Positions 10,194-20,922 of a DNA stretch of 64,000 nucleotides are shown piece after piece. The DNA lies in the NCBI GenBank assembly GCA_040220235.1, contig JAVJTO010000011.1; one strand, given 5' to 3'. The DNA comes from Coleofasciculus sp. B1-GNL1-01 (GTDB taxonomy: Bacteria > Cyanobacteriota > Cyanobacteriia > Cyanobacteriales > Coleofasciculaceae). The position numbers and the translations under genes were made by a program. The notes beneath the pieces were generated by a model. It was not told the origin of the DNA, searched no databases, and saw nothing but the letters and a program-made list of their open reading frames with translations. Positions within the stretch are counted from its first letter, which is position 1. Each line of letters opens with the position of its first letter.

Positions 10194-11498
10194 TCAAGAA
10201 ATATCCGCTAATTTTTTAGCGTAGTCTCGATGTTGTAAATAAAACTTGATTCCGGCTAAACACCCAAAAATTTCTGTGACTAAGATTTTATGCCTGAGAC
10301 CAAAACCTCTGAGGATACCGCCTAATAATACCTTGGCGTAATATCCCGGTAAAATGACAAATAAGCGAATCAAGTTTCCCCAGTGTCCGTATCGGGCGAA
10401 TTGAACTAACAGAGCAACAACATGTCCCCGCATGTATTGATACATCTGCTGTTTATAACGCTCAAGTTCTTTGCGGTGGTAGTGGAAAACCACTGCTGTT
10501 GGTTCGTAACGACAAAGCCAACCTTCAGCTAAGACTCGATACCAAAATTCGGAATCCTCACTACAGCCAGAGGCTCCCGCCCCTAAGCGTTCATCAAAGT
10601 TGCCAACCTGTTCAAAAATCTCGCGACGAAACGCCATGTTAGCACCAGCACCAATGCGCCACACGGGAACACCCAGAGGTTGAATTGACTCAAAGAATTG
10701 TTGATCAAAGATACGCTTTCGATATCCCCAACTAAAGTTTCCGTGACCCGTTTGAAAGGTTAATTGAGATTCGGTTTCGAGTTCTCCAGGTAAGACTAAT
10801 CCCGTCACCGCCATCACTTGAGGATTCTCAAAGCCTTGCTGAATTCGACGAATCCAGTCCGGATGAACGGCGACATCATCATCAGTGAAGGCAATAATCT
10901 TGCCTGTACTGTGGCGAATGCCTGTATTACGCGCTACACTTAGACCTGGACGCGGTTCTAATATGTAGCGAACATCAGGTATTTGGGAAACCACTTCCTT
11001 TGTTGCCTCTGTAGCGGGTGCGTTGTTTACAACGATAATTTCCTGGGGAGGCTGTGATAAACTGTGGAGCGATCGCAAACATTTTTCTAATTGCTCTGGA
11101 CGGTCTCGTGTACAAATCACAACCGAAACCGCTTCACCGTCAGATTCGTTTGATAAGCATTCATCAAGTCTCTCTAGAGGGCGGTTTAATGCTAGTAACG
11201 CATAAAAATCTGGGGGTATATCTGGAGGCTGGTGTACGGGATGCTCCGATAGCGCCGCTTTAAACCCTTGAGGCAAAAGCCGATCGCCAACGGCGGGCGT
11301 AATCGTTTGTACCATTAGATTGGCGAGTTCCGTAGCACTCATCGGTAACTGGTCAACTGAAATCGCGTGATCGCCCAGAGGTACCCCATGCCACCAAAAC
11401 ACGATATACACTCCCTGATAGTCCGGCTCTGCGGGTAGTGCTGGGATACCTTCACTTAACTCTAGGTGGAGAATTTTCCAAGGAATAAACGTACTCAT
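10194..11498 (-). CDS. Glycosyltransferase family 2
   Basis: SVVICTRDR, ARNTG, FTDDD, SEDSE. Confidence 0.9.
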   Translation of the reverse strand: MSTFIPWKILHLELSEGIPALPAEPDYQGVYIVFWWHGVPLGDHAISVDQLPMSATELANLMVQTITPAVGDRLLPQGFKAALSEHPVHQPPDIPPDFYALLALNRPLERLDECLSNESDGEAVSVVICTRDRPEQLEKCLRSLHSLSQPPQEIIVVNNAPATEATKEVVSQIPDVRYILEPRPGLSVARNTGIRHSTGKIIAFTDDDVAVHPDWIRRIQQGFENPQVMAVTGLVLPGELETESQLTFQTGHGNFSWGYRKRIFDQQFFESIQPLGVPVWRIGAGANMAFRREIFEQVGNFDERLGAGASGCSEDSEFWYRVLAEGWLCRYEPTAVVFHYHRKELERYKQQMYQYMRGHVVALLVQFARYGHWGNLIRLFVILPGYYAKVLLGGILRGFGLRHKILVTEIFGCLAGIKFYLQHRDYAKKLADIS

Positions 11499-11515
11499 AA
11501 AATCTGCTACTTAAT

Positions 11516-12586
11516 TTACTGTCCGGTAACATCCTGGCAACTGACGACGTTTTCGCGATTCAATGTCAACATTGAACGGCACTTGCGCCACAGCAAGCCA
11601 ATGCCTTCAAAGCAAAGCACGCGAACTATCCAGCGCCAAATTCTGGCAGAACGACTGCACTTAAGTGCTTCTTGGAGTTGGGATACAGTGGCATCTAGAT
11701 TGCCAGTAGCCAGGAGATTCCCTGCCGTTTCTACTGCCCAACCGGCATAGGTTTCTCTCGCCTGACGGGTCAATTGGTAAGCGACGGTAGGCGTCAAATA
11801 GTCAGGTAGATAGGATTCAATAATTTCTACCGCTTTACGCATATCTTGAACCAACTTGTTGGTTTTGACAGAACGTTCGGTTAGCGAACCCAGTCGCTTA
11901 ACTCGATAGACAGCCAGAGGTTCGACTTCAAACCAAATAGGGTACTCCGTCGCTATTCTCACCCACATTTCCCAATCCTCCCCGCAGCAGGAGAAACGGC
12001 GGTCAAACCCACCCAGTTTTTCGTAAACATCCCGCTTAACCACGATTGAGGGTGTGGTTATCCGTTGTCCGGCAGCAATCTGTTCTAACCAATTCGGTAC
12101 AATGCCACTTTCCGGTTTTTCGAGGTGGGAAATGCTTTGCCAGTGTCCGTATTCGTCCATATAAATATGGCGACAGAACGCCGCACCAATGTCTGAATTT
12201 TTCTCAAAAGCCCTTTGAAGTTTACAATAGAAGCCATCCCGCACATAATCGTCACCATGAAGGATGTGGATGAACCGACCACGCGATCGCTCTAAGCAGG
12301 TTTCAAAATTGCGGATATAGCCAACATTTTTGGGCTGTCTATAAAATGTTACTCGACCTTGACCCAGTTCCTTAACCACAGCTTCGGGATCATCCTGGGT
12401 AGAATGGTCATCAATCACCTCAATCTGCATCACCTCCGATCCTGGATCTTGAGCCAACACACTTGCCAAGGTTTCCCGCAAATAGTGAGCGCAATTATAA
12501 CTAGGAATCATCACCGACCACAGAGGGCGATGTTCTGCTTCTGGAACTGGGATAATTGTTGCTCGATAGGGATGTTTGTTATTCAT
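11516..12586 (-). CDS. Glycosyltransferase family 2
   Basis: SVMIPSYN, IDDHS, LHGDD, EDWEMW. Confidence 0.9.
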   Translation of the reverse strand: MNNKHPYRATIIPVPEAEHRPLWSVMIPSYNCAHYLRETLASVLAQDPGSEVMQIEVIDDHSTQDDPEAVVKELGQGRVTFYRQPKNVGYIRNFETCLERSRGRFIHILHGDDYVRDGFYCKLQRAFEKNSDIGAAFCRHIYMDEYGHWQSISHLEKPESGIVPNWLEQIAAGQRITTPSIVVKRDVYEKLGGFDRRFSCCGEDWEMWVRIATEYPIWFEVEPLAVYRVKRLGSLTERSVKTNKLVQDMRKAVEIIESYLPDYLTPTVAYQLTRQARETYAGWAVETAGNLLATGNLDATVSQLQEALKCSRSARIWRWIVRVLCFEGIGLLWRKCRSMLTLNRENVVSCQDVTGQ

Positions 12587-12650
12587 CGCTACTAAAAAAT
12601 AGATGATTACCTGATATTTTTTTCAATTGGCTTTAGATGGTTGAGATCGG

Positions 12651-13931
12651 TTAGTGAAGCATGACACTATCATCAGGAGATCCGCTCAGTTGGTGAACTG
12701 CTAATTTCACCTCTGAAGAACATTGCTGTTTAATCTGCTCAATACGTTTCTGTGAACGAGGATATTCTCCCAAAAGCCCGACAATTCCTCCCCAAAGTTC
12801 CGCCAAGATCATCCCCGGTGGTAAAGGATGAAAACCTAGCAAACTCTCTGCAAGCTGGCGCAATTGGTATTGAAACCACCATCCGACCAACAGGCGAAAT
12901 CTTAAACGCATGGGGATGTCTTGCTGGTAAGATTTAACCACAAATGCCATAAATCCTAACCCCCACGTCCAATACTGATGGCGGAGTTTTGCCCGTTCCC
13001 GACGGTGTTGGTGAAACACTAAGTATTGAGGTTCATATACCAACGGATATCCGGCTCGAACTACGCGGTAAAAGATGTCCAAATCCCCGCCACCCGGAAG
13101 CGGTGCGCCTGTATCTAACGCCTCATCAAAGCCACCCAGTTTGAGTAAAACTTCCCGGCGAAATGCCATATTACATCCAGCGCCAAAAATTCCGGCTCCA
13201 CAGGGATAGAGGGGATTACCCGGTAAAATTTGTCCATGGCGGATTTTCTCAAAACCGCGCCGAAATCCGCCCCTTTTTTCAAACAGAATTTGTGCCTCGG
13301 TGACCAACTCATAGGGCAGAACTAAGCCCGTAAACCCACCTGCATCGGGATTTTCTGCCCAGGCTTCTACCAGTCCATTGAACCATTGACGGTCTACAGT
13401 TACATCATCATCAAGGTATGCCAGAAGTTCGCCTGTCGCCTCTTGCAAAGCACGATTGCGAGCAAAATCTAGACCCGCTTTCGGTTCCCTTGCATAGCAA
13501 ACAGTTGGTAATGTGTCAATTAAATCTTTGGTGCGATCGTCAGACGGTGCATTATCCACCACTAAAATTTCAAAACGAGGCGAACCGTCTAATTTTTGTA
13601 GCTTGAGTAAAGACTCCAAACATCTTGCCACATTATCGGGACGGTCTTTTGTACAAATTGCGACGGTTAGCGAAGGAAATGGCTCTGGATTCGCTGGAGA
13701 AACTAATTCCTCTCGGATACTTTCCTGAAGCAGCTTTGTCCCAATTTCCCGACTCAGGAGTGGCGCTAACTCTTCGGGAGTCAGGACGATGTTTGGCGGG
13801 AGTTCCTGCATCACCAAACCGATGGGTCTGTCTTTACGGCGCAGCACCAAGGCGATACCCGTTTCGTCCTCCTTTGTTTGGAGGGTGGGTAGAGGTTGAG
13901 TAACGTCCAAATCAATAATGGAGTAGGACAT
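12651..13931 (-). CDS. Glycosyltransferase family 2
   Basis: TVAICTKDR, ARNRA, YLDDD, GGDLD; start moved to MSYSIIDL to avoid overlap with the ABC gene. Confidence 0.88.
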   Translation of the reverse strand: MSYSIIDLDVTQPLPTLQTKEDETGIALVLRRKDRPIGLVMQELPPNIVLTPEELAPLLSREIGTKLLQESIREELVSPANPEPFPSLTVAICTKDRPDNVARCLESLLKLQKLDGSPRFEILVVDNAPSDDRTKDLIDTLPTVCYAREPKAGLDFARNRALQEATGELLAYLDDDVTVDRQWFNGLVEAWAENPDAGGFTGLVLPYELVTEAQILFEKRGGFRRGFEKIRHGQILPGNPLYPCGAGIFGAGCNMAFRREVLLKLGGFDEALDTGAPLPGGGDLDIFYRVVRAGYPLVYEPQYLVFHQHRRERAKLRHQYWTWGLGFMAFVVKSYQQDIPMRLRFRLLVGWWFQYQLRQLAESLLGFHPLPPGMILAELWGGIVGLLGEYPRSQKRIEQIKQQCSSEVKLAVHQLSGSPDDSVMLH

Positions 13932-13947
13932 GAGTCTGGTTTGAGGG

Positions 13948-15723
13948 TCAAGCTGGTGAACGATGATATTGCAGTCGGTGGAGTTTGGCAAAGAGTCCGT
14001 TGAGTTGGAGAAGCTGCTGAAGATTCCCCCTCTCAACCACCTGTCCATGCTCAAGGACAATAATCTGGTCTGCTTTTTCGATAGTGGACAGGCGATGGGC
14101 GATGACAATAACGGTACGATTATGGCTAAAGGTATTCAGCGCTTCTTGAATTAAATGTTCTGAAATCGTGTCTAGGGCGTTGGTGGCTTCATCCAGAATC
14201 AGAATGTCTGGATTGCGGATAATCGCACGAGCAAGGGCGATGCGCTGTCGCTGACCCCCGGAGAGCCGAATTCCGCGATCGCCTACTTTGGTATCGTAGC
14301 CCTGAGTAAGTTGCATGATAAACTCATGGGCATTGGCTTGTTTGGCGGCGGCAATGATCTCGGCTTCTGTTGCGTCTAAACGACCATAAGCAATGTTCTC
14401 CCTGATGGTATTACTGAAAATATAAATGTCTTGACTAACAATTGCCAGATGACGACGCCAAGACGGTAAATCCAATGCTTTTAAGGGATGATTGTCTACA
14501 TAGATTTCGCCTTCCGTAACCTCATAAAAACGGCAAATTAGGTTAACGAGGGTAGACTTCCCCGCACCGGAAGGACCCACAAACGCGGTGGTTTTGCCAC
14601 GGGGAATGGAGATGGAGATAGATTGTAAGGCGGGTTTATCCTGGGGATTGTAGCGGAAGCTAACGGATTCTAAACAAATAGCCTGCTGCAATCCGGAGAA
14701 GGCTATATTGCCAGAGCGGATGTAGGGCTTGTCTGAGGGTTCCAGAAAGTACATCACATCATCCACTGAACTGGCTAACATCAACAACTTAACGCGATGG
14801 CTACCGAGCAGTTGCATCTGCGGCTGAAGTCGATAGAGAATGAATAGAAAAGTTAGCAGGGTAGGTAATGCCGTCCGGTCTTGCAACAGAGCAATCATCA
14901 TAATGCTCAACACGAGCAATGCCGAAAACACTTCATAAAGCGGATTGACTGATGCTGATAGAGTATCGAGCTTCATAAAGATATTACGGACTTGCTCAGA
15001 CGCCTGATCAAACTGTTTTTGCTCATAAGGTTCTTGTCCAAATGCTCGAATGGTTCTCATTCCTGCTAACCCTTCATACATTCGTCTTCCCAGAGCGACA
15101 TTTACTTGGACTGCCTTTTGTCCCAGAACTTTGGACTGGCGCGTCACAACCTGGATAATTAGGGAAATTAAAAGTGTGATCCCGCCGACTAACAGGGTCA
15201 ATTTCCAGGAAATCAGTAGGAGTAAGGCGACATAAACAACGGTGGTGCAGGAACTTACAATCAGGTTAACCAATATCCCAAGTGCTTCACTGGTGCGCCA
15301 TGTCTCCGTTGCCAAGGTATTGAGTAATTTGCCGGAATCTTTCGTTTCTAAGAAGCTATAGCTGACGCTTAAAAGCTGATCGAAAATACGAGAACGCAAC
15401 CGATGACTGATCCGCGAATTTAACCATGCCAATAGAACTGAATTGCTGTAAGTTAAGCCATTTTTCAGCACAATCGTGCCAAAAATAAACAGAGGAATGA
15501 TGACTAGGCGCTGACTGGCAGGAACAATATTGAGGACTTGGTTGAGCAAGCTGATTAAAGCGTTGTCACTGACGGTTGGGTTGGAGTTTTGAGACAAGCT
15601 TTGTAGAAATGGAATAAATAGGCTAATCCCTAATCCTTCCGAGAGGGACGACAAAATTCCTAGGGTAACAATTGCCGGAATTGCCCAGGGATAAATTTTT
15701 AGCAGTAGGAGTAGCCTTTTAAT
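13948..15723 (-). CDS. ABC exporter, fused permease/ATPase (HepA/MsbA-like)
   Basis: Walker A GPSGAGKST, signature LSGGQRQR, Walker B LILDEAT; N-terminal membrane domain; start uncertain (TTG 15654 or ATT 15723). Confidence 0.88.
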   Translation of the reverse strand: MKRLLLLLKIYPWAIPAIVTLGILSSLSEGLGISLFIPFLQSLSQNSNPTVSDNALISLLNQVLNIVPASQRLVIIPLFIFGTIVLKNGLTYSNSVLLAWLNSRISHRLRSRIFDQLLSVSYSFLETKDSGKLLNTLATETWRTSEALGILVNLIVSSCTTVVYVALLLLISWKLTLLVGGITLLISLIIQVVTRQSKVLGQKAVQVNVALGRRMYEGLAGMRTIRAFGQEPYEQKQFDQASEQVRNIFMKLDTLSASVNPLYEVFSALLVLSIMMIALLQDRTALPTLLTFLFILYRLQPQMQLLGSHRVKLLMLASSVDDVMYFLEPSDKPYIRSGNIAFSGLQQAICLESVSFRYNPQDKPALQSISISIPRGKTTAFVGPSGAGKSTLVNLICRFYEVTEGEIYVDNHPLKALDLPSWRRHLAIVSQDIYIFSNTIRENIAYGRLDATEAEIIAAAKQANAHEFIMQLTQGYDTKVGDRGIRLSGGQRQRIALARAIIRNPDILILDEATNALDTISEHLIQEALNTFSHNRTVIVIAHRLSTIEKADQIIVLEHGQVVERGNLQQLLQLNGLFAKLHRLQYHRSPA

Positions 15724-15763
15724 GAGTTTTTCCTCTTCAATCGTTGTTTTTTAGACGTCAGTA

Positions 15764-15862
15764 AGCTGTCATGCATTTAAATTGGGTATTAGTAGCGAGC
15801 AAGATGCTCGCACTACAAGGCTTTCGCCGTTATTGATATTAAGGTTTAAATGCCGAACAGCT
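15764..15862. mobile_element. 99-bp MITE, copy 1 (AGCTGT...ACAGCT ends, TA duplication)
   Basis: Near-identical copies at 42302-42400 and 59597-59720; TA on both flanks. Confidence 0.85.
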
Positions 15863-15914
15863 TAGTAACGGTTAAGAGTAAATGGACAACAGGTTTCTCC
15901 TTTCAATTTAAGAT

Positions 15915-17066
15915 TTAACGTTCAACCGTTCCGTACTTTAGCTTTATTTTTTTAGTCCGAGCCAGTTTAGGAATAAGATAGTGAAAGGCATCACCAACTA
16001 ATAGTTTAAGATTGATCGCCATGTCCTGGCGTTTAATGTCATCAAGAGTCATTTTGTTTTTTATCTCTTTTGACTTGAGCGATGGTTTTTTTGCAACCCC
16101 CACTCTCGCTCTCATAAGCTGAAGGACTAACCCTAAACTGCTTTGGAGAGCCAATAAATAAAACCCCAGCCGTAAGTAGGGTGTGACGAAATCTGATTTT
16201 ATGGCTTGCCATAGCCAAAATAGAGTTGTTTTATGGTCTTGAAAATAATGACTTTGATGGGCAAAGTAAATAGATAAACTGCTACTCGAAAATCCATAGA
16301 GAGCTGTAGGAATTTCGGGATGTCTTTGTCGTACAGCTTGCATCACTAAATGGTGTGACTTTGCCATTTGAGTAGAATCACGGGACATACTGTTGGTAAT
16401 TTTACGATAACCAATAAGAAAGTCTGGGACAACGCGAAATTGACAAACTTCAGCAACCCTCAGATAAAGATCCCAATCTTCACATCCCTGGGCAGCCTGT
16501 TCTTTCAACTGGCAGTTATACCCCCCAACTTGCTCGAAACAATCTCGACGAATCATGGAGGCGCTCGCATTGCCAATAAAATTGTGACACACCAAGGTGA
16601 TGTAAACCTCTCCCTCAATCTTGGCAGCACGAAAGATACCCGTGGGGACATCATCTTGATCAATATCCACAGACCAAGAATAGACTAATCCTACCGAGGG
16701 TTCAGATTCAAGAAAACATTGGACTTGCTTTTCAATATTTTCGGGATACCAAATATCATCAGCATCAATGGGAGCGATGAATTCTCCCTGAGATTTTTCA
16801 ATGCCTAAATTTCGGGCGGCGGCGACTCCAGCATTTTTCTGGTGTAAAACGATTACCCGTTTATCGTGTTGGGCAATCGATTTAATAATTTCAGGAGTTC
16901 GGTCATGAGAACCATCATCGACGACTAAAACTTCCAGATTCTGATACGTCTGAGATAGTACAGAGTTTAGCGTCTTTTCAATAAAGGCTTCGGCGTTATA
17001 AGCTGGAATAATCACCGAAACTAAGGGTAAGGTAGAAGCGGCGCGATCGCTGTTCATGGTGATCAT
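15915..17066 (-). CDS. Glycosyltransferase family 2
   Basis: VSVIIPAYN, VDDGS, IDADD, CEDWDL. Confidence 0.9.
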   Translation of the reverse strand: MITMNSDRAASTLPLVSVIIPAYNAEAFIEKTLNSVLSQTYQNLEVLVVDDGSHDRTPEIIKSIAQHDKRVIVLHQKNAGVAAARNLGIEKSQGEFIAPIDADDIWYPENIEKQVQCFLESEPSVGLVYSWSVDIDQDDVPTGIFRAAKIEGEVYITLVCHNFIGNASASMIRRDCFEQVGGYNCQLKEQAAQGCEDWDLYLRVAEVCQFRVVPDFLIGYRKITNSMSRDSTQMAKSHHLVMQAVRQRHPEIPTALYGFSSSSLSIYFAHQSHYFQDHKTTLFWLWQAIKSDFVTPYLRLGFYLLALQSSLGLVLQLMRARVGVAKKPSLKSKEIKNKMTLDDIKRQDMAINLKLLVGDAFHYLIPKLARTKKIKLKYGTVER

Positions 17067-17089
17067 GAATTTTTGGGTTGCTGCTGAAA

Positions 17090-18190
17090 CTATCGAGATG
17101 CCCCAGATGCACTAATGCAAGGCTGAACCAATTGTTTCTCTCGCCAACCGTGGCGGTGTTGATGCCAATGCCAAGCATGGGTGATCATATCCTTGAGTTC
17201 TGGGTATTGAGGGTGCCAACCTAAAACCTGCTTGGCTTTTTCCCCACTACTGACTAAAATTGGGGGATCTCCTGAACGGCGATCGCATTCGATCACGGGG
17301 ATCGGTTGTTGAGTTACTGTCTCGACGGTTTCAATCACTTGTTTGACGGAGAAACCTTTGCCACTCCCCAGGTTAAAAATTTCGCTCTTATTTGTACTCA
17401 ACAGGCGAATTAATCCCAGCAAGTGAGCCTGAGCGATATCAATAACATGAACATAGTCTCGAACACAAGTCCCATCGGGGGTAGGATAATTGGTGCCAAA
17501 CACAGAAATGGAGTCTCGCCAACCGAGGGCGCTATACAACACGGAGGGAATCAGGTGGGGTTCTGGAGTATGATCTTCTCCCAAGCGTCCCGCCGGATCT
17601 GCCCCAGCGGCATTGAAGAAGCGAAAACAGATATACTTTAACCCATAAGCCGCGTCAAAATCAGCCAGCATTTTCTCTACCATCAATTTACTACTACCAT
17701 AGGGATTGATGGGAGTTTGGGGTTGTTCTTCGGTAATCGGTAATGACTCTGGGATACCGTAAGTGGCACAAGTTGATGAAAAGACTAACCGTTTCACCGA
17801 AGCCGCCACCATCGCCTCCAGCAGCGTCAAAGTTCCCGCCACGTTGTTACGGTAATACTTGGCTGGGTTGGCGAAGGATTCCCCCACATAGGCAGAGGCG
17901 GCAAAGTGGATAACGGCGGTAATCGAGTGAGTGGCAAATACCCGATCCAGTAAGGCGCGATCGCTGATACTCCCCTCAATTAGGGGAACCTGCAAGACAT
18001 TTTCCACGAAGTCTCGATGTCCGCAGGTTAGATTATCTAGAATAACAACTTGATAACCCGCCTGCTTTAAGGCTTGCACGGTATGAGACCCAATATATCC
18101 GGCTCCCCCTGTAACTAGGAGGGTTGGTGTCCGTTGAGATGCAGTAGCCCACTGAGATGCAGTAGCCCACGTTTTATTTTGTTGGTTCAC
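17090..18190 (-). CDS. galE: UDP-glucose 4-epimerase
   Basis: TGGAGYIGSH, FSSTCATYG, YGSSK, DGTCVRDYVHV. Confidence 0.92.
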   Translation of the reverse strand: MNQQNKTWATASQWATASQRTPTLLVTGGAGYIGSHTVQALKQAGYQVVILDNLTCGHRDFVENVLQVPLIEGSISDRALLDRVFATHSITAVIHFAASAYVGESFANPAKYYRNNVAGTLTLLEAMVAASVKRLVFSSTCATYGIPESLPITEEQPQTPINPYGSSKLMVEKMLADFDAAYGLKYICFRFFNAAGADPAGRLGEDHTPEPHLIPSVLYSALGWRDSISVFGTNYPTPDGTCVRDYVHVIDIAQAHLLGLIRLLSTNKSEIFNLGSGKGFSVKQVIETVETVTQQPIPVIECDRRSGDPPILVSSGEKAKQVLGWHPQYPELKDMITHAWHWHQHRHGWREKQLVQPCISASGASR

Positions 18191-18258
18191 TGGGTTCTGG
18201 ACTAGAAATCTTATCGCTTTATAGCATACATAGAGGCTGATTAATGTATTAGGGACAA

Positions 18259-18318
18259 CTTCATCAAATCTTCACACTAATCCCCAAAATATGAGGTTCT
18301 GATGAAGAATTTATGAAG
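18259..18318. promoter_or_regulatory. Candidate regulator site: RTGARG hexamers at 11-bp period, in both orientations
   Basis: CTTCAT (18259) and CTTCAC (18270); ATGAGG (18291), ATGAAG (18302), ATGAAG (18313). Confidence 0.45.
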
Positions 18319-18440
18319 TTAATTCATTAAATGTGATGCATAAGCGATTAGTTCTGGGAAATATAACAATCTAGGATACAATCCTGTCAGAGGGAAATCC
18401 CGTATTTTTACCTAAACCTCAGGTGCGTCCCATTATTGCC

Positions 18441-20879
18441 ATGGAAAACTCAGCCTACGAGTATCAAGTTGGGGGGTGTCTCCCTATTGATGCTCCTACC
18501 TACGTGGTTCGACAAGCTGACAATCAACTCTACGAAGCGCTGAAAGCTGGCGAGTTCTGTTATGTCCTCAACTCCCGCCAGATGGGGAAGTCTAGCTTGC
18601 GGGTTCGCACGATGCAGCGCCTGAAGCAGGTGGGGATTGCCTGCGCTGCGGTTGATCTGACCGCGATCGGATGCCAAAATATTACCCTAGAACAGTGGTA
18701 CGCGGGTATTGTCTACACCTTGGCTGGCAGCTTTGATCTCATGGATGCCAGTGAACTAGAAACTTGGTGGTCTACGCGCAAACATCTCTCTATTGTACAA
18801 CGGTTTGGCACATTTTTTGATGAGGTATTACTTCAATCAATCCCGCAAAACTTAGTCATCTTTTTCGATGAAATCGATAACGTTCTCCGCTTAAAATTTC
18901 CGGTGGATGATTTTTTCGCTGCTATCAAATCATGCTACAATCAGCGAGCCACTAATCCTAACTATCAACGCCTCACCTTTGCTCTGCTTGGCGTCGCTAC
19001 ACCATCTGATCTGATTCAAGATAAATACTGCACCCCATTCAATATTGGTCAGGCAATTGAACTTTCGGGGTTTCAGCTCAAAGATATTCAACCCTTAGCC
19101 AAGGGATTTGCCGGAAACGTTAGTCATCCCGATGTAATTCTCCAAGAAATTTTAGCCTGGACAGGGGGTCAACCGTTTCTCACCCAAAAACTGTGTAAAT
19201 TAGTCAGTCACTTTATTGAGAAACAAAGACATTCTCCTAAAACTAGGGAAACCTGGCAAGCTAATCCATTCAAAAAAATTTTTCTGGGACTAAATGGTAA
19301 AGCTAAAGTCTCAGCTTGGATTGAACACCTGATTCAAACCCAAGTCATTGAAAATTGGGAAGCCTTTGATGAACCTGAACATCTAAGAACGATCCGCAAT
19401 CGCTTGCTCAAATGTGGACAGCGTCATCCGGAAATTATTTATATCTACCAGCAAATTTTACAAGATGGACAAATTACGGCGAATGACAGTCGTCCCCAAA
19501 TGGAATTGCGGTTGACTGGATTAGTGGTCAAGCAGAATAGTCAACTACAAGTTTATAACCCGATTTACCAGTCTGTCTTTAGTGAACAGTGGGTGCAGCA
19601 GATTCTTCCTAGTCTACCTCAACCTGTTTTCGTCGCGAAACAAAATCACGAGGGAGAGCTTGACTTAGACACCCTAGCCGAACGTCTCTACAAACACTTA
19701 ATGGACTGCTTACAACGGGAATCTCCGGAGCAAATGATTGAGCGTTTCCATCAGTTGTTTATCCATGGAATCGACTATTCCGATCCAAAAATTCTAGATA
19801 TACTTTACAGAATTACTGCCTCTAGACGAGCGGATCAAGAGTTTAAATATATCGTTTATCGCTGCTGTCACATTCTGGTGAACCGTTGGCAAATGACGCC
19901 TAAAGAAAATATGGCGATCAACAAGTTGCTGGATCTGTTCCAAATTAGCCACCAGCCCACCTCTAGCCGTTTGCGACAACTCGTACAAACCTTTATCAAT
20001 TCAGAAGAATATCGAGCCTTAGAACGTCTCAGGGTAGTGGTGGATGAGCCAAGATCTACAGAAAAGTCTTCTAAATGGGAACGGAAGAAATTAGCTGAGT
20101 TAATTGGGCGATATCCATTCTTATTTTCCTATTGTCTATTGAGTCAAGACTGTTCCGAGGAAGCTCAGCAAACCATCCAAAAACTGCAAGCGGAAAAACA
20201 GCAACAGTTGGAAGATGAATTGTGGCAGTATGCAACCTATCTAGTAAAGGGAAGCGTATCCCCTACTAGAATGAGGAAGCCGTTGGTAAAAAATCCTACC
20301 CTATTGGATGATGACGAATTGCATCTGGCACTGCGGCAGTTTGGCGGAAAAGCCAAGAATTCCTATGCCTACTGTGAGGCACAAAATTTTCTACACCGCA
20401 CATTAAAAACGCCTTCGTATTCTCTGTTTAAAGACAATTTATATCAGTATATCATTGCATCAATTGATCCGAGCTATGGACAACATTACTTTTATGGATT
20501 GTTAAATAAACACCTGGCTAATACGCTAACTGAATATAATCAGAATAAACTGGACAAATTCCTGATCAAGAAAACATGCAGCCAGTTGTTTAATTTACTC
20601 ATCGTCGAAAGTCCAGAAAAACCAGAACATTATTGGTTTGATGATTTAGTCGTTAATCTGGGTTCGCTACAAATGACAGTTTTACTGCTTAAACTGGTTT
20701 TGTTGTCTCCATCCGAAATTCGCCCCGACCTGGAAAAACGCATGGCTATTTTATTCAATCACTACGAATCAAAACCGATGGGAGATATCCCCTCTCTGGT
20801 TAAATCGATGGAAAATTTGAATGTTGCTTTTGTGGTTAATTTTGGATTCAGAGATTTTTCATTGCTTAATAAGTATTGA
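18441..20879 (+). CDS. AAA_35-type (STAND-like) NTPase with a large uncharacterised C-terminal domain
   Basis: [57 protein letters not shown]. Confidence 0.8.
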   Translation: MENSAYEYQVGGCLPIDAPTYVVRQADNQLYEALKAGEFCYVLNSRQMGKSSLRVRTMQRLKQVGIACAAVDLTAIGCQNITLEQWYAGIVYTLAGSFDLMDASELETWWSTRKHLSIVQRFGTFFDEVLLQSIPQNLVIFFDEIDNVLRLKFPVDDFFAAIKSCYNQRATNPNYQRLTFALLGVATPSDLIQDKYCTPFNIGQAIELSGFQLKDIQPLAKGFAGNVSHPDVILQEILAWTGGQPFLTQKLCKLVSHFIEKQRHSPKTRETWQANPFKKIFLGLNGKAKVSAWIEHLIQTQVIENWEAFDEPEHLRTIRNRLLKCGQRHPEIIYIYQQILQDGQITANDSRPQMELRLTGLVVKQNSQLQVYNPIYQSVFSEQWVQQILPSLPQPVFVAKQNHEGELDLDTLAERLYKHLMDCLQRESPEQMIERFHQLFIHGIDYSDPKILDILYRITASRRADQEFKYIVYRCCHILVNRWQMTPKENMAINKLLDLFQISHQPTSSRLRQLVQTFINSEEYRALERLRVVVDEPRSTEKSSKWERKKLAELIGRYPFLFSYCLLSQDCSEEAQQTIQKLQAEKQQQLEDELWQYATYLVKGSVSPTRMRKPLVKNPTLLDDDELHLALRQFGGKAKNSYAYCEAQNFLHRTLKTPSYSLFKDNLYQYIIASIDPSYGQHYFYGLLNKHLANTLTEYNQNKLDKFLIKKTCSQLFNLLIVESPEKPEHYWFDDLVVNLGSLQMTVLLLKLVLLSPSEIRPDLEKRMAILFNHYESKPMGDIPSLVKSMENLNVAFVVNFGFRDFSLLNKY

Positions 20880-20922
20880 ATGTAAATTTACTGTTTTTTG
20901 ACGAATGACGAATGACCAATCA

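Noticed and set aside
13932..14108. N-terminal extension of the GT2 ORF
   Set aside because: Overlaps the ABC gene in another frame; the ATG at 13931 is more plausible
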